Below, piece by piece: positions 50,525-60,924 of a stretch of 64,000 nucleotides of DNA. Every line of letters starts with the position of its first letter. Positions within the stretch are counted from its first letter, which is position 1. This DNA is from an uncultured candidate division Zixibacteria bacterium (GTDB lineage Bacteria; Zixibacteria; MSB-5A5; GN15; FEB-12), in the NCBI GenBank assembly GCA_963806185.1, contig CAWDXE010000001.1, forward strand, positions 896,001-960,000, given 5' to 3'. The notes beneath the pieces were generated by a model, which did no database searches, had not been told where the DNA came from, and was given only the letters and a program-made list of their open reading frames with translations. A program made the position numbers and the translations under genes.

Positions 50525-51997
50525 CTACAGGTCGTGGCCGCAGTACGAGAGGTTGAAGCTCTTGTTACACAAGGGAAAGTCCGATATTTGCTGATTTCTC
50601 ATGGCGGTGGCCAGCCCGGTCCAGTTGTGAAAGGATGGATCGATGACCTTGTACCAGGCGAACTTGCCGTTAGTATCGGTGCAGGCGACGTGACAGATTT
50701 CGCCTCGCCAACCCTCGACGAGCGAGATCGATAACGAGTCAGGCTTTAGTTGACCTACGTCCACACGAGCTGTTTCGGAGGGGAGCGCTGCTAGTCGCGC
50801 CCGGATAAATTCGACCGAACGGACAATCTCCAGCCAGCGAACGTGCGCACGCCCGAATACATCCCCCACGTGCCAGAGCGACACCGGAATCTGGGCAAAG
50901 CTGAAGACATCAGAGGGATAGTCAAGCCGGGCGTCCAGCTCGACTCCGGCGGCTCGGGCCGGCGGTCCCACGATTCCCAGTTCGCGACAATCCGCAGCGG
51001 TGAGCATCCCTGTTCCCTCAAAGCGATTGATCACGGAGGGGGTTTCCCACAGGAGCTGCGCCACGATGTTCATGTCGGCGAAGGCTTGCTCAAGTTTTTG
51101 CGCGAGAGTCTCCACCTGATGGTCATCGAGATCAATTCCAACGCCACCCGGGCGGGCAATTCCACGTCCCAAACGATTACCGCACAGCAAGGCCGTGATA
51201 TTTAGGAAGTCACCCCTGATTCTTCCGCAATGTGCCGCCACAGGCAAGAAGCCGACGTCGCCGGCCAGTGCACCGAGATCGCCGGCGTGATTTGCCAGGC
51301 GCTCCAGTTCCAGGGCGATACTGCGAAGCATCATGCCACGGAAGGAAACGTGGCAGTGCGACAATGTTTCCATATTCTGGCTGAAGGCCGTCGCGTGACC
51401 TACCGAGGCATCGCCGGACAGTGTTTCCATATAGTGCATTGTGCGTTTGTCAGGTCCGCCACGGAGGGCTTGCTCCACACCGCGATGCTGGTAGCCAAGG
51501 GAAATCTCCAGGTGACGAACACTCTCTCCCACGCAGGAGAATCTGAAGTGCCCCGGTTCGATGACGCCGGCGTGTACCGGGCCAACCGCGACTTCATGAA
51601 CGCCTGAGCCGGTCATCGCATAGAATTCCGTCATGCCGACCGGTGCCTTGCTGAACCGGATCGGTTTCAGCCAGGGGTGACCAAGAGGTGTAATGCCCCA
51701 CAACTCCGCGATTTCGCGCTCGAACCAATTCGCCTGTGTACATCGAGGAGTAAGCGCGTCATATCGGCCGTCTACTTTCGTCGAGCAGATGCCCAAAGAC
51801 CCCTCGTCGCGCGATGACATGATGGCAATCAGGTCATGCCCGGTTTGATTGGGCTGAGCGAACAGGGAAATGAGCCGGTCACCATGACGTGTGGCGCCGA
51901 TGACTTCATCGGCGAAATCGGTGATCGGCAGGACCGGGAGATCCTTCCGCCCTATCATTTCGCAATTGCGGCAATGAAGCGAGCGACGGAGGCTCAT
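50525..51997 (-). CDS. ehrL: Ehr large subunit (NuoC+D/HyfG-like) lacking NiFe ligands
   Basis: WFEREI, GPVHAGVIEPGHF, HRG, EGWRGE, DPSFHNW. L1 reads TLSGDA and L2 reads SFNLSYCGHDL. Confidence 0.9.
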   Translation of the reverse strand: MSLRRSLHCRNCEMIGRKDLPVLPITDFADEVIGATRHGDRLISLFAQPNQTGHDLIAIMSSRDEGSLGICSTKVDGRYDALTPRCTQANWFEREIAELWGITPLGHPWLKPIRFSKAPVGMTEFYAMTGSGVHEVAVGPVHAGVIEPGHFRFSCVGESVRHLEISLGYQHRGVEQALRGGPDKRTMHYMETLSGDASVGHATAFSQNMETLSHCHVSFRGMMLRSIALELERLANHAGDLGALAGDVGFLPVAAHCGRIRGDFLNITALLCGNRLGRGIARPGGVGIDLDDHQVETLAQKLEQAFADMNIVAQLLWETPSVINRFEGTGMLTAADCRELGIVGPPARAAGVELDARLDYPSDVFSFAQIPVSLWHVGDVFGRAHVRWLEIVRSVEFIRARLAALPSETARVDVGQLKPDSLSISLVEGWRGEICHVACTDTNGKFAWYKVIDPSFHNWTGLATAMRNQQISDFPLCNKSFNLSYCGHDL

Positions 51998-53475
51998 CAG
52001 TGCCCTCCCAACAAACGTGCGGCGTCAGTCAACAATTGATTCAACGCCGGCGGAATGTACACGCCGAGCACCAATACGCCCATGCAGAGCAATGCCGGCG
52101 GCATGACTGCCGCCAGAGATTCCCTTGCGGCCGTTCCTTCGCGCTCGCTGCGCCTTGCGCCGTACACCATGCCGAGAATAATGCTCGCCATGCTGACGAA
52201 GATGATTCCGAGGGCGACCAACAAAACGAGGGCCACCACCCAGTGACCAGAATCCAGTGATGCACGAATGATCGTGAGTTCACTTTGAAAAAGGCCAAAA
52301 GGAGGCGCTCCAGTGACGGCAAAGAGTCCGGCCAGCCAGAGAAAGCCCGAGCGCGGGAGTTCTCCCAGGACGCCGGTGATCAAACGTGTGGATTTGGTCC
52401 GATACCGGGCAAGAATGTTCCCCGCGACCAGAAACAGCATTCCCTTCACCAGGGAATGATTTACCGCGTGGAGCAGCCCGCCAAACGAGCCGAGGCCGCC
52501 GATGCCAACGCCGATGGCCATGATACCCATATGTTCTATACTCGAATAGGCAAGCATACGTTTGAAGTCGAGCTGCCCGACGATAAAAATGGTGGCAATG
52601 ACAACGGAGAACAATCCGAAGATGAGCAGCAATTCACGGGCAAACCCGCCCGATCCGGCTGCATCGAGCACCTGCGTCATGCGCAGAATACCGAGAAAGG
52701 CGCAATTGAGGAGTGCGCCGGAAAGCAGCGCCGACACCACCGACGGCGCCTCGCTGTGGGCGTCCGGCAGCCAACTGTGCAACGGGGCCAGGCCCATCTT
52801 GGTGCCGTAACCGATCAGCATGAAGATGAAGGCGATCTTGATCCAGGGAAGCTGCAGCATCGGTGCATTCGCTATCAAGGCTTCAAGTACCAACGGAACG
52901 CCGGCAACGCCCCTTCCGGACGCGGCAAAGGCCAGAAAGAATGTACCGAGCAGCGCCAACGCGATGCCTACTGAGCAGATCAACAGATATTTCCAGGTTG
53001 CTTCCAACGAGCGGTGGTGTCGGTGGAAGAAGATCAGCGGCGCCGACGAGAGCGTGGTCGCCTCGATCGCCACCCACAACACACCGAAGTTGTGACTCAT
53101 GGTGACCAGTGTCATGGTCGATAGAAACAACAGAAGACAGCCGACAAATACCGCCTCGGGTTCGTTCACGAATAGAACTGATTCCTCGAAATCCGGCCGT
53201 GCCCCCGACGGTTCGTGCGACAAGTATTGGACGGCGTAGACCGACGCCACGGTGAACAGGCCGCTGACAATGGCAAGAAAGAGCAGCCCCAGCGGATCGA
53301 GATTCAGCCAGCCGTCCATAATGGGATCGGGCCGCCATAGCCAAACGGCCGCCGTCATCGCGCTGTGCGACAGAGCCGCGGCCAGCAGGATGGTCCGACG
53401 CAGAGTATTGTTACGGATAACGAACGACGCGAATCCCGCCATCGCCGGAACCAGGATGAGGGCGAGCAGTATCAT
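51997..53475 (-). CDS. HyfF-like antiporter-type membrane subunit
   Basis: WVAIEATT, EATWKY, GYGTKMGLAPLHSWLPDAH, KRMLAYSS. Confidence 0.92.
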   Translation of the reverse strand: MILLALILVPAMAGFASFVIRNNTLRRTILLAAALSHSAMTAAVWLWRPDPIMDGWLNLDPLGLLFLAIVSGLFTVASVYAVQYLSHEPSGARPDFEESVLFVNEPEAVFVGCLLLFLSTMTLVTMSHNFGVLWVAIEATTLSSAPLIFFHRHHRSLEATWKYLLICSVGIALALLGTFFLAFAASGRGVAGVPLVLEALIANAPMLQLPWIKIAFIFMLIGYGTKMGLAPLHSWLPDAHSEAPSVVSALLSGALLNCAFLGILRMTQVLDAAGSGGFARELLLIFGLFSVVIATIFIVGQLDFKRMLAYSSIEHMGIMAIGVGIGGLGSFGGLLHAVNHSLVKGMLFLVAGNILARYRTKSTRLITGVLGELPRSGFLWLAGLFAVTGAPPFGLFQSELTIIRASLDSGHWVVALVLLVALGIIFVSMASIILGMVYGARRSEREGTAARESLAAVMPPALLCMGVLVLGVYIPPALNQLLTDAARLLGGH

Positions 53476-54161
53476 TCCTCAGCGTCCTCCCCGGCAAGTT
53501 TCTTCCGATTGCGAATCCAGTCCCGAAGAGTACTCAGTTGCCCGGCCTCGATACTGTCAAATTCCCTGCTGATATGGAAAACCATCACGCCCATGATGAA
53601 TACACCTACGAACACGTCGAGCAAAATCCCGATTTCGATTAGCATCGACTCCGATTGTGCGAAAAATACCCCAAACGCATAGATGCCGTTTTCCAGGGCC
53701 AGATAGCCGATGATCTGCATGAGTGCCTGTCGTCGACTCACGATGAGGAAAAGACCGGTGACAATGGTGAAGAACACCATTGGAATGGTCAATCGGTACC
53801 CCATGTTATCCGGCAACGGCAGCACATACCCCCACCAGAGCGAACTGCTCATCACCATGATTCCGATGAGAAGCGACATGGTCGGCCCGACGTAGAAAGT
53901 GATGATGCGGGCTGACTCCAGCTCGCGAAGTCCGCGCATCAGGAGACGGGGAAAGATGACACCCTTCAGAATGATCACCATCGCTGCGATGGCGGCAAGG
54001 CGGATACTGAGCCCCCCCTGATGGACAAAGAGAGGCAAGAGACCAAGGGCGAGCCCCTGGAGAGCGACAATGCGAATAGACGCGCGCAAAGATCCGGCGC
54101 CGAGCAGCAGGAAGTCGGTGATGACAATGAGCGCGATGATCGCATTTACGACGTCATGCAT
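53472..54161 (-). CDS. HyfE-like membrane subunit
   Basis: QG, LKGVIFP, QIIGYLALENG, EIGILLD. Confidence 0.88.
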   Translation of the reverse strand: MHDVVNAIIALIVITDFLLLGAGSLRASIRIVALQGLALGLLPLFVHQGGLSIRLAAIAAMVIILKGVIFPRLLMRGLRELESARIITFYVGPTMSLLIGIMVMSSSLWWGYVLPLPDNMGYRLTIPMVFFTIVTGLFLIVSRRQALMQIIGYLALENGIYAFGVFFAQSESMLIEIGILLDVFVGVFIMGVMVFHISREFDSIEAGQLSTLRDWIRNRKKLAGEDAEE

Positions 54162-54165
54162 AACA

Positions 54166-55080
54166 TCACCCCAGCACCAGAATGGCGGCCAGCATCGACA
54201 GCGCTCCCGCACCGACCAGCAATTGCGGGACCTTCAGCAGACGCAGACGGGCCATGGATGATTCAACAACACCTACGGCAATTGCCAGCGCGATCATGCC
54301 ACCGACGGCAAATCCTTCGCGCCACCAAAGGCCCGCTTCCGTCAGATTTGGTGAAAAGACCCCCACAAACAGCGCGCCTAGCAGCCAGAGTTTCAACGCG
54401 CTCCCATAGACGACGAGGCCGAAATCAGGGCCGCCATGATCGAGCACCATCACCTCGTGAATCATGGTGAGCTCGAGATGGGTGGTTGGGTCGTCCACCG
54501 GGATGCGGGCGTTCTCCGCCAGATACAGCACGAAGAGTGCGGCCGCCACCAGCACCGGCGCGCCGATACTCCAGCCGGTAACTCCAGTCGCATAGAGTAT
54601 TCCACTTAGCGACAGACTGTGACTGATACGTGACAGCGCGAGCAGCCCTACTAAAAGTGACGGCTCCATTAACATTGCGAAGGTCGCCTCGCGACTGGCG
54701 CCCATGCCTTCAAAACTTGAACCGGTGTCGAGCGCTGCAAGAACCGTGAAGAGTCTGGCCAAACCAAGAGCGCAGGCCAGGACGATAACGTCTCCCCCAA
54801 AGGCCAGCAATGCCGGACTTCCGGCAAATGGTACGATCAGCAATCCGACCACCATGACAGCAAGATTGACTACCGGTCCGGCACGGAACAGCCACGAGGT
54901 CGTCCGGCTGTACACAGCGCCTTTGCGCAGCAATTTGGCGATATCGTAATAAGCCTGGAGCAGCGGCTGACCGCGTCGACCGGCCATGATCGCCTTGGTG
55001 CGATTGATGATCCCGGGCAGCAACGGGGCGGCGACAAGCGCCAGGAGGACGTGAGCCAATGAGAGCATGGTGACTTTCAT
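54166..55080 (-). CDS. HyfC/NuoH-like membrane subunit
   Basis: RRGQPLLQAYYD, DTGSSFEGMGASRE, ENARIPVD, HLELTMIHE. Confidence 0.92.
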   Translation of the reverse strand: MKVTMLSLAHVLLALVAAPLLPGIINRTKAIMAGRRGQPLLQAYYDIAKLLRKGAVYSRTTSWLFRAGPVVNLAVMVVGLLIVPFAGSPALLAFGGDVIVLACALGLARLFTVLAALDTGSSFEGMGASREATFAMLMEPSLLVGLLALSRISHSLSLSGILYATGVTGWSIGAPVLVAAALFVLYLAENARIPVDDPTTHLELTMIHEVMVLDHGGPDFGLVVYGSALKLWLLGALFVGVFSPNLTEAGLWWREGFAVGGMIALAIAVGVVESSMARLRLLKVPQLLVGAGALSMLAAILVLG

Positions 55081-57053
55081 CGCAGCTTCCAGAACATGAG
55101 GGTGAGCAGCGAGATCAGAATGTAGAGAATGTACAGATGGACATTGCCGTGCTGAAGCCAGCGAAGTTGACCGAGCGTCCAGGCCACGCCGCGAAAGAGC
55201 GGCTCATATACGCGCGAAAGAAACGCGTCGGGGATTTTCACCGCTGCAACTGATCGGTGAGGAAAGGGACCGGTCGGCAAAGTAGAATTCACATGCACGG
55301 GGCTCAAACGGGAGAAGAGACGGCTCACAGTCTGCACGAACGAGTATCCCCGGTACTGCATGCGCGCCGTCGGCGCCGCATAGCCACAGTCCCAGGTGAC
55401 TGTGGTGCGGATCGAGCGGGACTGGAGAAGCAGCGATCGTACGATGGCCACGACGGCAATCGCGAACAGGAGCACGGCCAACGTAAGACTCAATCCTTTC
55501 AGAAAGCCCCATGACAATTGGAAGGACTCCGTGATCGAATGTATCGACATACCGGTAAGTGATGCCAGCGCCGGCCCAATCAACAGAGGTACGGCGAATG
55601 CGCTCAAGCCAATCAGCACGCACATCCCAGCCAGCAACCAGATCGGAAATGTCATTAGCAGACCGGATTCAGCCGCTCCTTCGGCTGCCGAACTCCTCGG
55701 CTGACCGAGGAAACCGATACCGAAAAACTTGCAGAAGCAGATTGCCGAGAGACCGCCGATAAGCGCCAATCCGATGACCACGGCGATCGAGATCGCCGCC
55801 AGATCGGTTCGAGCTGATGACGCGCCGTTGAAGGCGCCCATATACACGAGGAATTCGCTGATAAAACCATTGCCAAGCGGCAGACCGGCAATCGATATCG
55901 TTGCGATGAGTGCGGCTATTGACGTGCGCGGCATCCGTTTAAAGAGACCGCCCAGTTGGTCGCAGTCCAGCGTGCCACATCGTTGTAGTATGGAGCCGGC
56001 GACGAGAAACAGGCCGCCTTTAAACAGGGCGTGATTAATCACGTGCAGCAACGCGCCGCCGAAGCCAAGAGTGGTGAGGACAGTCGAATGAGTCGACCAC
56101 CCTAACACGCCTACCCCCATGCCGATGGCCATGATGCCGACGTTTTCGACACTGGAGTAAGCCAACAGACGCTTCAGATTGGATTGACTCAAGGCGAAAA
56201 GGACACCGATCAAGCCGGATACCAGGCCGATCCCGATGAGCAGGATCCCCCACCAGTAGGCGGGCGGACCGAGGAGAGTGAGCGCCCGGAATAATCCGTA
56301 AATCCCCATCTTGATCATCACGCCCGACATCAGTGCCGAAATGTGACTGGGGGCGGCCGGGTGGGCCTCCGGAAGCCACACATGAAACGGCAGAAAGCCG
56401 GCCTTGGAGCCAAAGCCGATCAGGGCGATGATGAACAGTACTCCGGCCAGTGCGGGCGTGGCCGCAAAGCTCTCAAAATCCAGCGACCCCGATTGCCGGC
56501 CGAGGAGCAGAAAGAAGACGAGCAGAAAGGCAGCCCCAATGTGAGCGGCAATAAGATAGATCAAGCCGGCTCGCCGGACCGAGCGCTTATCACTTTCAAA
56601 GATCACCAGGAAAAACGAGCTGATCGACATCAACTCCCAGGCCACCAGAAACAGAACCGCATTGCGTGCTACGACAACAATGATCATAGACGCGATGAGC
56701 GCCGCAGTGAAGAACCAAATCGATCCCAGATTGTGTCCTTCCCGGTGCTGCCAAAGATATGACGCCCCAAACAAGCAGACCGGTACGGAGACAACGAAAA
56801 TTATCAGGAGAAATACGGCCGACAGCGCGTCCACCCCTACGCCAAAACTCCCGCCCGGAACCTGCCATGCCCAGCGAAGTAAATCGACGTCGCCGGTCAG
56901 AAGCGCGTGGACAGCCGGAATCAAACCGACCAGACAGCCGAGCACAATTCCCGCAGCACCGACAGATGATGCCGTCGCTGGAGATCGATGTAAGGCCAGC
57001 GATGCGATTCCGGAGAGCAGAATGATGGCCGTGGCCGCGAGTATGGTCTCCAT
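55077..57053 (-). CDS. HyfB-like (NuoL/M) antiporter-type membrane subunit
   Basis: FLVAWELM, KAGFLPFHVWLPEAHP, KRLLAYSSVEN, NHALFK, WDCGY. Confidence 0.92.
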   Translation of the reverse strand: METILAATAIILLSGIASLALHRSPATASSVGAAGIVLGCLVGLIPAVHALLTGDVDLLRWAWQVPGGSFGVGVDALSAVFLLIIFVVSVPVCLFGASYLWQHREGHNLGSIWFFTAALIASMIIVVVARNAVLFLVAWELMSISSFFLVIFESDKRSVRRAGLIYLIAAHIGAAFLLVFFLLLGRQSGSLDFESFAATPALAGVLFIIALIGFGSKAGFLPFHVWLPEAHPAAPSHISALMSGVMIKMGIYGLFRALTLLGPPAYWWGILLIGIGLVSGLIGVLFALSQSNLKRLLAYSSVENVGIMAIGMGVGVLGWSTHSTVLTTLGFGGALLHVINHALFKGGLFLVAGSILQRCGTLDCDQLGGLFKRMPRTSIAALIATISIAGLPLGNGFISEFLVYMGAFNGASSARTDLAAISIAVVIGLALIGGLSAICFCKFFGIGFLGQPRSSAAEGAAESGLLMTFPIWLLAGMCVLIGLSAFAVPLLIGPALASLTGMSIHSITESFQLSWGFLKGLSLTLAVLLFAIAVVAIVRSLLLQSRSIRTTVTWDCGYAAPTARMQYRGYSFVQTVSRLFSRLSPVHVNSTLPTGPFPHRSVAAVKIPDAFLSRVYEPLFRGVAWTLGQLRWLQHGNVHLYILYILISLLTLMFWKLR

Positions 57054-57065
57054 GCGTTCTTCCGA

Positions 57066-57761
57066 TTACGGTTTCTTACCTGTGCCGGAGATCAGAGTCT
57101 CTTCCACTTTTCTGGCGGCATCGAGAATCTCTTCGCGCAATCCCTGGCGCCTGATGGCAGCACTAAAGGCCGGATCGCGAAGCGACCAGGCGAGTCGGGA
57201 AATCAAGTGGAGATGAGCCCGCACGGTTGGGCTGATGAGCATGAACAGCGCGTATACCGGTTGACCGTCGATCGCGCCGAAATCAATCGGCTTCTCAAGA
57301 AAGTAGAGCGTGATCATCGGTTTCGCGATATGGAGCACAACGGGATTCCGCACGTGCGGAATGGCGATGCCCTCGCCGATGCCGGTAGAGGATAATTCCT
57401 CTCGTGCGACGAGCACCCGGTAGAGAAATTCTCGATCAACTTCTTCAGGCAACTGAAGCAACTGCACGACATTTTTCAGCACCGCCCACTTGTCCGCACC
57501 AACTACCCGATAGTGGACTCCCCCGTTTTGCAGTGCGTCGTAGAGTGAGGGCATGGGTACGCCGCTGGATTCCGGCTCGGCGAAGATCTCGGGAGAAATG
57601 GGGATTTTGCGCGAGGTTGCCCATTCGAGAATCTCGGCTCTATTGAACCGGTATTGCTCGTGTACCTGGTACGCCGGGAGAGCGCCCTGGGTAATCCAAC
57701 GGTAAACTGTTTTCTCAGAGACAGTTAGGAGGCGTGCAACGTCCTTGACAGTCAGTGTCAT
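57066..57761 (-). CDS. Excisionase-like HTH fused to PTS EIIA (Ntr/Fru-type) domain
   Basis: LTVKDVARLL.VSEKTVYRW...YRF; RE..STGIGEGIAIPH (phospho-His), DFGAIDG. Confidence 0.92.
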   Translation of the reverse strand: MTLTVKDVARLLTVSEKTVYRWITQGALPAYQVHEQYRFNRAEILEWATSRKIPISPEIFAEPESSGVPMPSLYDALQNGGVHYRVVGADKWAVLKNVVQLLQLPEEVDREFLYRVLVAREELSSTGIGEGIAIPHVRNPVVLHIAKPMITLYFLEKPIDFGAIDGQPVYALFMLISPTVRAHLHLISRLAWSLRDPAFSAAIRRQGLREEILDAARKVEETLISGTGKKP

Positions 57762-57819
57762 GATGCCCCATCTTTCTCACTCATGTCTCATCTATGACTT
57801 CTAATGCTCAACAGAAGAC

Positions 57820-57848
57820 ATTTATGAGCAAATGGGATCAGATGTCAA
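57820..57848 (-). promoter_or_regulatory. Promoter of the HTH-EIIA/ehr operon
   Basis: Perfect TTGACA, then N17, then ATAAAT; flanked by the inverted repeat TGCTCA-N14-TGAGCA. Confidence 0.5.
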
Positions 57849-58043
57849 GATTGAAAGTAGACAGAAATCGGGTAAAGCCGGCTGGGAGTGATCGCAAAGC
57901 AGGCGTACCTGATTGGCGAGACCAATTCAAGGAAGTAATGAGAAATGTAGGGTCACTACGGCATTGGGCAAGGACCAGTATCATGAGTCCGAACGTGCAG
58001 CACCCTCGCGTCGCCGATGATAGTCGTCTGCGTTCTGGTCTGG

Positions 58044-60710
58044 TCAGCTACGGCCGTGGTCGCCCATGTGCTTTCCCAACATGGCCTGGAAGGCCGGGGT
58101 GGCGCGAAGTGCATCAAACCCCGGAGCGATTCGCAGCCAATTTGCCGACACATTGGCCGGCTCAGAAAGCAAATGATCAAACAGGGCCGTCGCCTGATCG
58201 TACTCGCCAACTAACGCCAAAACCATGGCGAGATTCCGCAGGTGAGTGGGCCCTTCCAGTGCATCTCGGGATTCGGGAACAAGTTCGACGGCCCTCCTGG
58301 CGGCCTGCACCGCCTTCTCTTCCTGACCAAGTCCGGCATACACTCTCGACAACGAACCGAGCAGCATCGCGGATCTCGGTGTGGACGCAACTTTGGCTTC
58401 TAATTGCACTCGGGCGGAGTCATAGTAGATTCGCGCCTGGGCCACACGGTTCATAAGTTCGCAGACGAATCCTTTCGTGTAATAATAGTCGGTAGTATCG
58501 GCACCGTCTGGAAACAGGACGTCACCAGGGGCGTTCAGCAGATGAAGGGCCGGTTCGTATTCTCTATCGCAGCAATGATAGTACGTTTCAAACCAGGTCA
58601 ACTCCGGCCAGCGACCGATAGTCGCGCGCGCGGTGTCGAGGACCTTAAGCGCTTCCGTCGTTCGGCCGGTCAGACTGAAAAGCGCCCACGACTTAATATG
58701 ATATGCCCAGTGATGATTTGGCTCGAGGTCGATAACGTGGTCCTGCTGAGTTACTGCCTCCTGATAGCGACGGCAAAGATAATATGTTAGACCAAGTTCA
58801 TACTTGTACCATGCATCGCGGGGAGCAAGGCGTGTAACCGTCTCGAGACCGCGGATCGCTTCGTCCCATTTGCCAAGGCGCCTCTGCACCCACGCCGTGC
58901 TGGCCAGTGCCAGAACGTTGTTGGGTTGTATCTCAAGGACTCTGGAGAATTCCTCCAACGCGTGGTCATAGTCACGAGTGCCATGGTAGTAGTACCAGCC
59001 GAGCGCCTGGCGGGTCTCGGGTAGGTTGGGTGCCAGACTAAGGGACAGATCCACCAGCTTTTTGGCGCTGTCTAGAAGAAGGGCTGACGACGGCACGTTT
59101 TGATCCCAGTTCATTTCGATGTACAGAGAACTCAATTCGGCATAGGCCGGGGCAAAACTGGGCGCCAGCTCGATCGCTTTGCGAAACATGATCTCAGCGA
59201 GTTTCAGTTCATTCTGCTGATAGCGCGCGATTGAGAAATATTGCTTTCCGCGCAGATAGTGATCGTAGGCGGCGGCATTTACCTCGGTGTTGTGTGACAG
59301 CGCTTCTTGTTCCGGTTGAAGCAGAGTGACGTTCAGCGCGGCGGCCACCTCCTGTGCGATCTTGGACTGGGCCGTGAGGACGTCCGTCAGCACGGCGTCT
59401 ATGCTGGCCGCCCATAGGTGAGAATCGTCCGCCACTCTCACCAGTTGCGGATTGATCCGGACCCGGCTCTCCGATCCCGTCTTGTCCCAGCGGATGGTTC
59501 CCTCGAGGACGTACTCGACATTCAGCTCCTTTCCGATTTGTTTTAGATTCTTGGTCGACTTCTTGTATTGCATGGAGCTGGTGCGGGATATAACGCCCAG
59601 ACCTGAAAGGCCGGCCAGACGAGTCGTAATTTCGTCAGTGATGCCGTCAGCAAAGTACTCCTCCTGCGCGGAGCCGAGATTTTCGAAGGGAAGAACGGCC
59701 AGCATCTTTCTCTTCGCCTCAGCCGGCATGCCGGAATGCGAGGTGAAGCGCGTGACCAGCCAGTACGTCATCAAAACAATCAAGACGCCGACTGTGGTGG
59801 TGGTGACATACAGGCCCCAGCGGCGACGACGTTTGGCAGTTGGCGTAGCTCCGCGCGACGAGAGGCGTCTGAGATCTCCGGCCAGTTCGTCGGCATGCTG
59901 GTAGCGGGCAGTCACATTCTTGTCAAGCGCCTTGTCAACGATGGTCTGCAACTCCGGGGGGACGTCTCGCCGGAACCGAGCCAGAAGCTCCGGCTTTGCA
60001 TTCGTGATCGCATGCAGGGTGGCGGCCTCAGAGTCAGCCTTGAAGGGCGGGTGGCCGGTAATCATCTCATACAAGACAACGCCGAATGAGAAGAGATCGG
60101 TGCGATGATCGACTTTCTCTCCTCTGACTTGCTCCGGCGACATATACCCGACGGTCCCGAGCGTCGAGCCGGTCCTGGTCAGTTGTTCAACCCCGCCGAC
60201 CGCGGCAAGACCAAAATCGGCGATGCGGGCTCGTCCGTACGAATCGATGAGAATATTCGGCGGTTTGATATCCCGGTGGGTAATCCCCTTGTCATGGGCA
60301 GCCTGAAGACCGTCGCAGATCTGGACACCCAAGTGCAGGACTTGCTCGAGGGACAGCGGCTTGGCGGCCGGTACTTCCTTGAGTGATTTCCCCTCCACAT
60401 ACTGCATGGAAAAATACGGCCGACCCTGGAACTCGCCGACTTCGAACACCGACACAATATTGGGATGATCGAGCTGCGCGGCTGCCTGGGCCTCGCGCTT
60501 GAAGCGGGCGCGGCACCCGGCGTCCTGACACAGGTAGACGGGAAGGAATTTGAGAGCGACTTTGCGGCCAAGGTCGGCGTCTTCGGCGAGGTATACCTCA
60601 CCCATGCCGCCGGCACCGATCTTCTCAATGATCCGGTAGTGCCCTACAATTGTGTCGTTCGCAAGCTGAAGGTGCGATCGGGTTATGTCATTTGAGTCGC
60701 TGTCCGGCAT
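58044..60710 (-). CDS. Hanks-type Ser/Thr kinase with TM helix, TolB-like domain and TPRs
   Basis: GAGGMGEVY, VALK, HRDIKP, DFG, YMSPE; TM segment; LAVLPFEN..YFADG; TPR repeats. Confidence 0.93.
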   Translation of the reverse strand: MPDSDSNDITRSHLQLANDTIVGHYRIIEKIGAGGMGEVYLAEDADLGRKVALKFLPVYLCQDAGCRARFKREAQAAAQLDHPNIVSVFEVGEFQGRPYFSMQYVEGKSLKEVPAAKPLSLEQVLHLGVQICDGLQAAHDKGITHRDIKPPNILIDSYGRARIADFGLAAVGGVEQLTRTGSTLGTVGYMSPEQVRGEKVDHRTDLFSFGVVLYEMITGHPPFKADSEAATLHAITNAKPELLARFRRDVPPELQTIVDKALDKNVTARYQHADELAGDLRRLSSRGATPTAKRRRRWGLYVTTTTVGVLIVLMTYWLVTRFTSHSGMPAEAKRKMLAVLPFENLGSAQEEYFADGITDEITTRLAGLSGLGVISRTSSMQYKKSTKNLKQIGKELNVEYVLEGTIRWDKTGSESRVRINPQLVRVADDSHLWAASIDAVLTDVLTAQSKIAQEVAAALNVTLLQPEQEALSHNTEVNAAAYDHYLRGKQYFSIARYQQNELKLAEIMFRKAIELAPSFAPAYAELSSLYIEMNWDQNVPSSALLLDSAKKLVDLSLSLAPNLPETRQALGWYYYHGTRDYDHALEEFSRVLEIQPNNVLALASTAWVQRRLGKWDEAIRGLETVTRLAPRDAWYKYELGLTYYLCRRYQEAVTQQDHVIDLEPNHHWAYHIKSWALFSLTGRTTEALKVLDTARATIGRWPELTWFETYYHCCDREYEPALHLLNAPGDVLFPDGADTTDYYYTKGFVCELMNRVAQARIYYDSARVQLEAKVASTPRSAMLLGSLSRVYAGLGQEEKAVQAARRAVELVPESRDALEGPTHLRNLAMVLALVGEYDQATALFDHLLSEPANVSANWLRIAPGFDALRATPAFQAMLGKHMGDHGRS

Positions 60711-60865
60711 GATCGACAATATCCTGTTATAGGCGGTGGTCAACCCGCCCGTTGTCATATGCCAGATTCAAGATACATGTCACAAACAACTATGGCAACA
60801 GACTTAGATAGGCCCATACCGCCCACCAAACTGTCGACCGCCTACGGTGAAAGATACGGAAACGG

Positions 60866-60898
60866 AAAAAGGCCGGGAGGCGCAATACCTCCGGCCTT
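60866..60898 (-). terminator. Intrinsic terminator
   Basis: Minus strand aaggccggagg-tattgcg-cctcccggcc-ttttt. Confidence 0.75.
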
Positions 60899-60924
60899 CT
60901 CATGATGCGGGCCTGCTTATCGTC

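Noticed and set aside
49730..57053. Functional group 4 [NiFe] hydrogenase or formate hydrogenlyase
   Set aside because: The large subunit lacks both CxxC motifs, and there are no fdh or hyp genes nearby.
57066..57761. Excisionase indicating a prophage or ICE
   Set aside because: The HTH is fused to EIIA, and no integrase, att site or phage genes are present.
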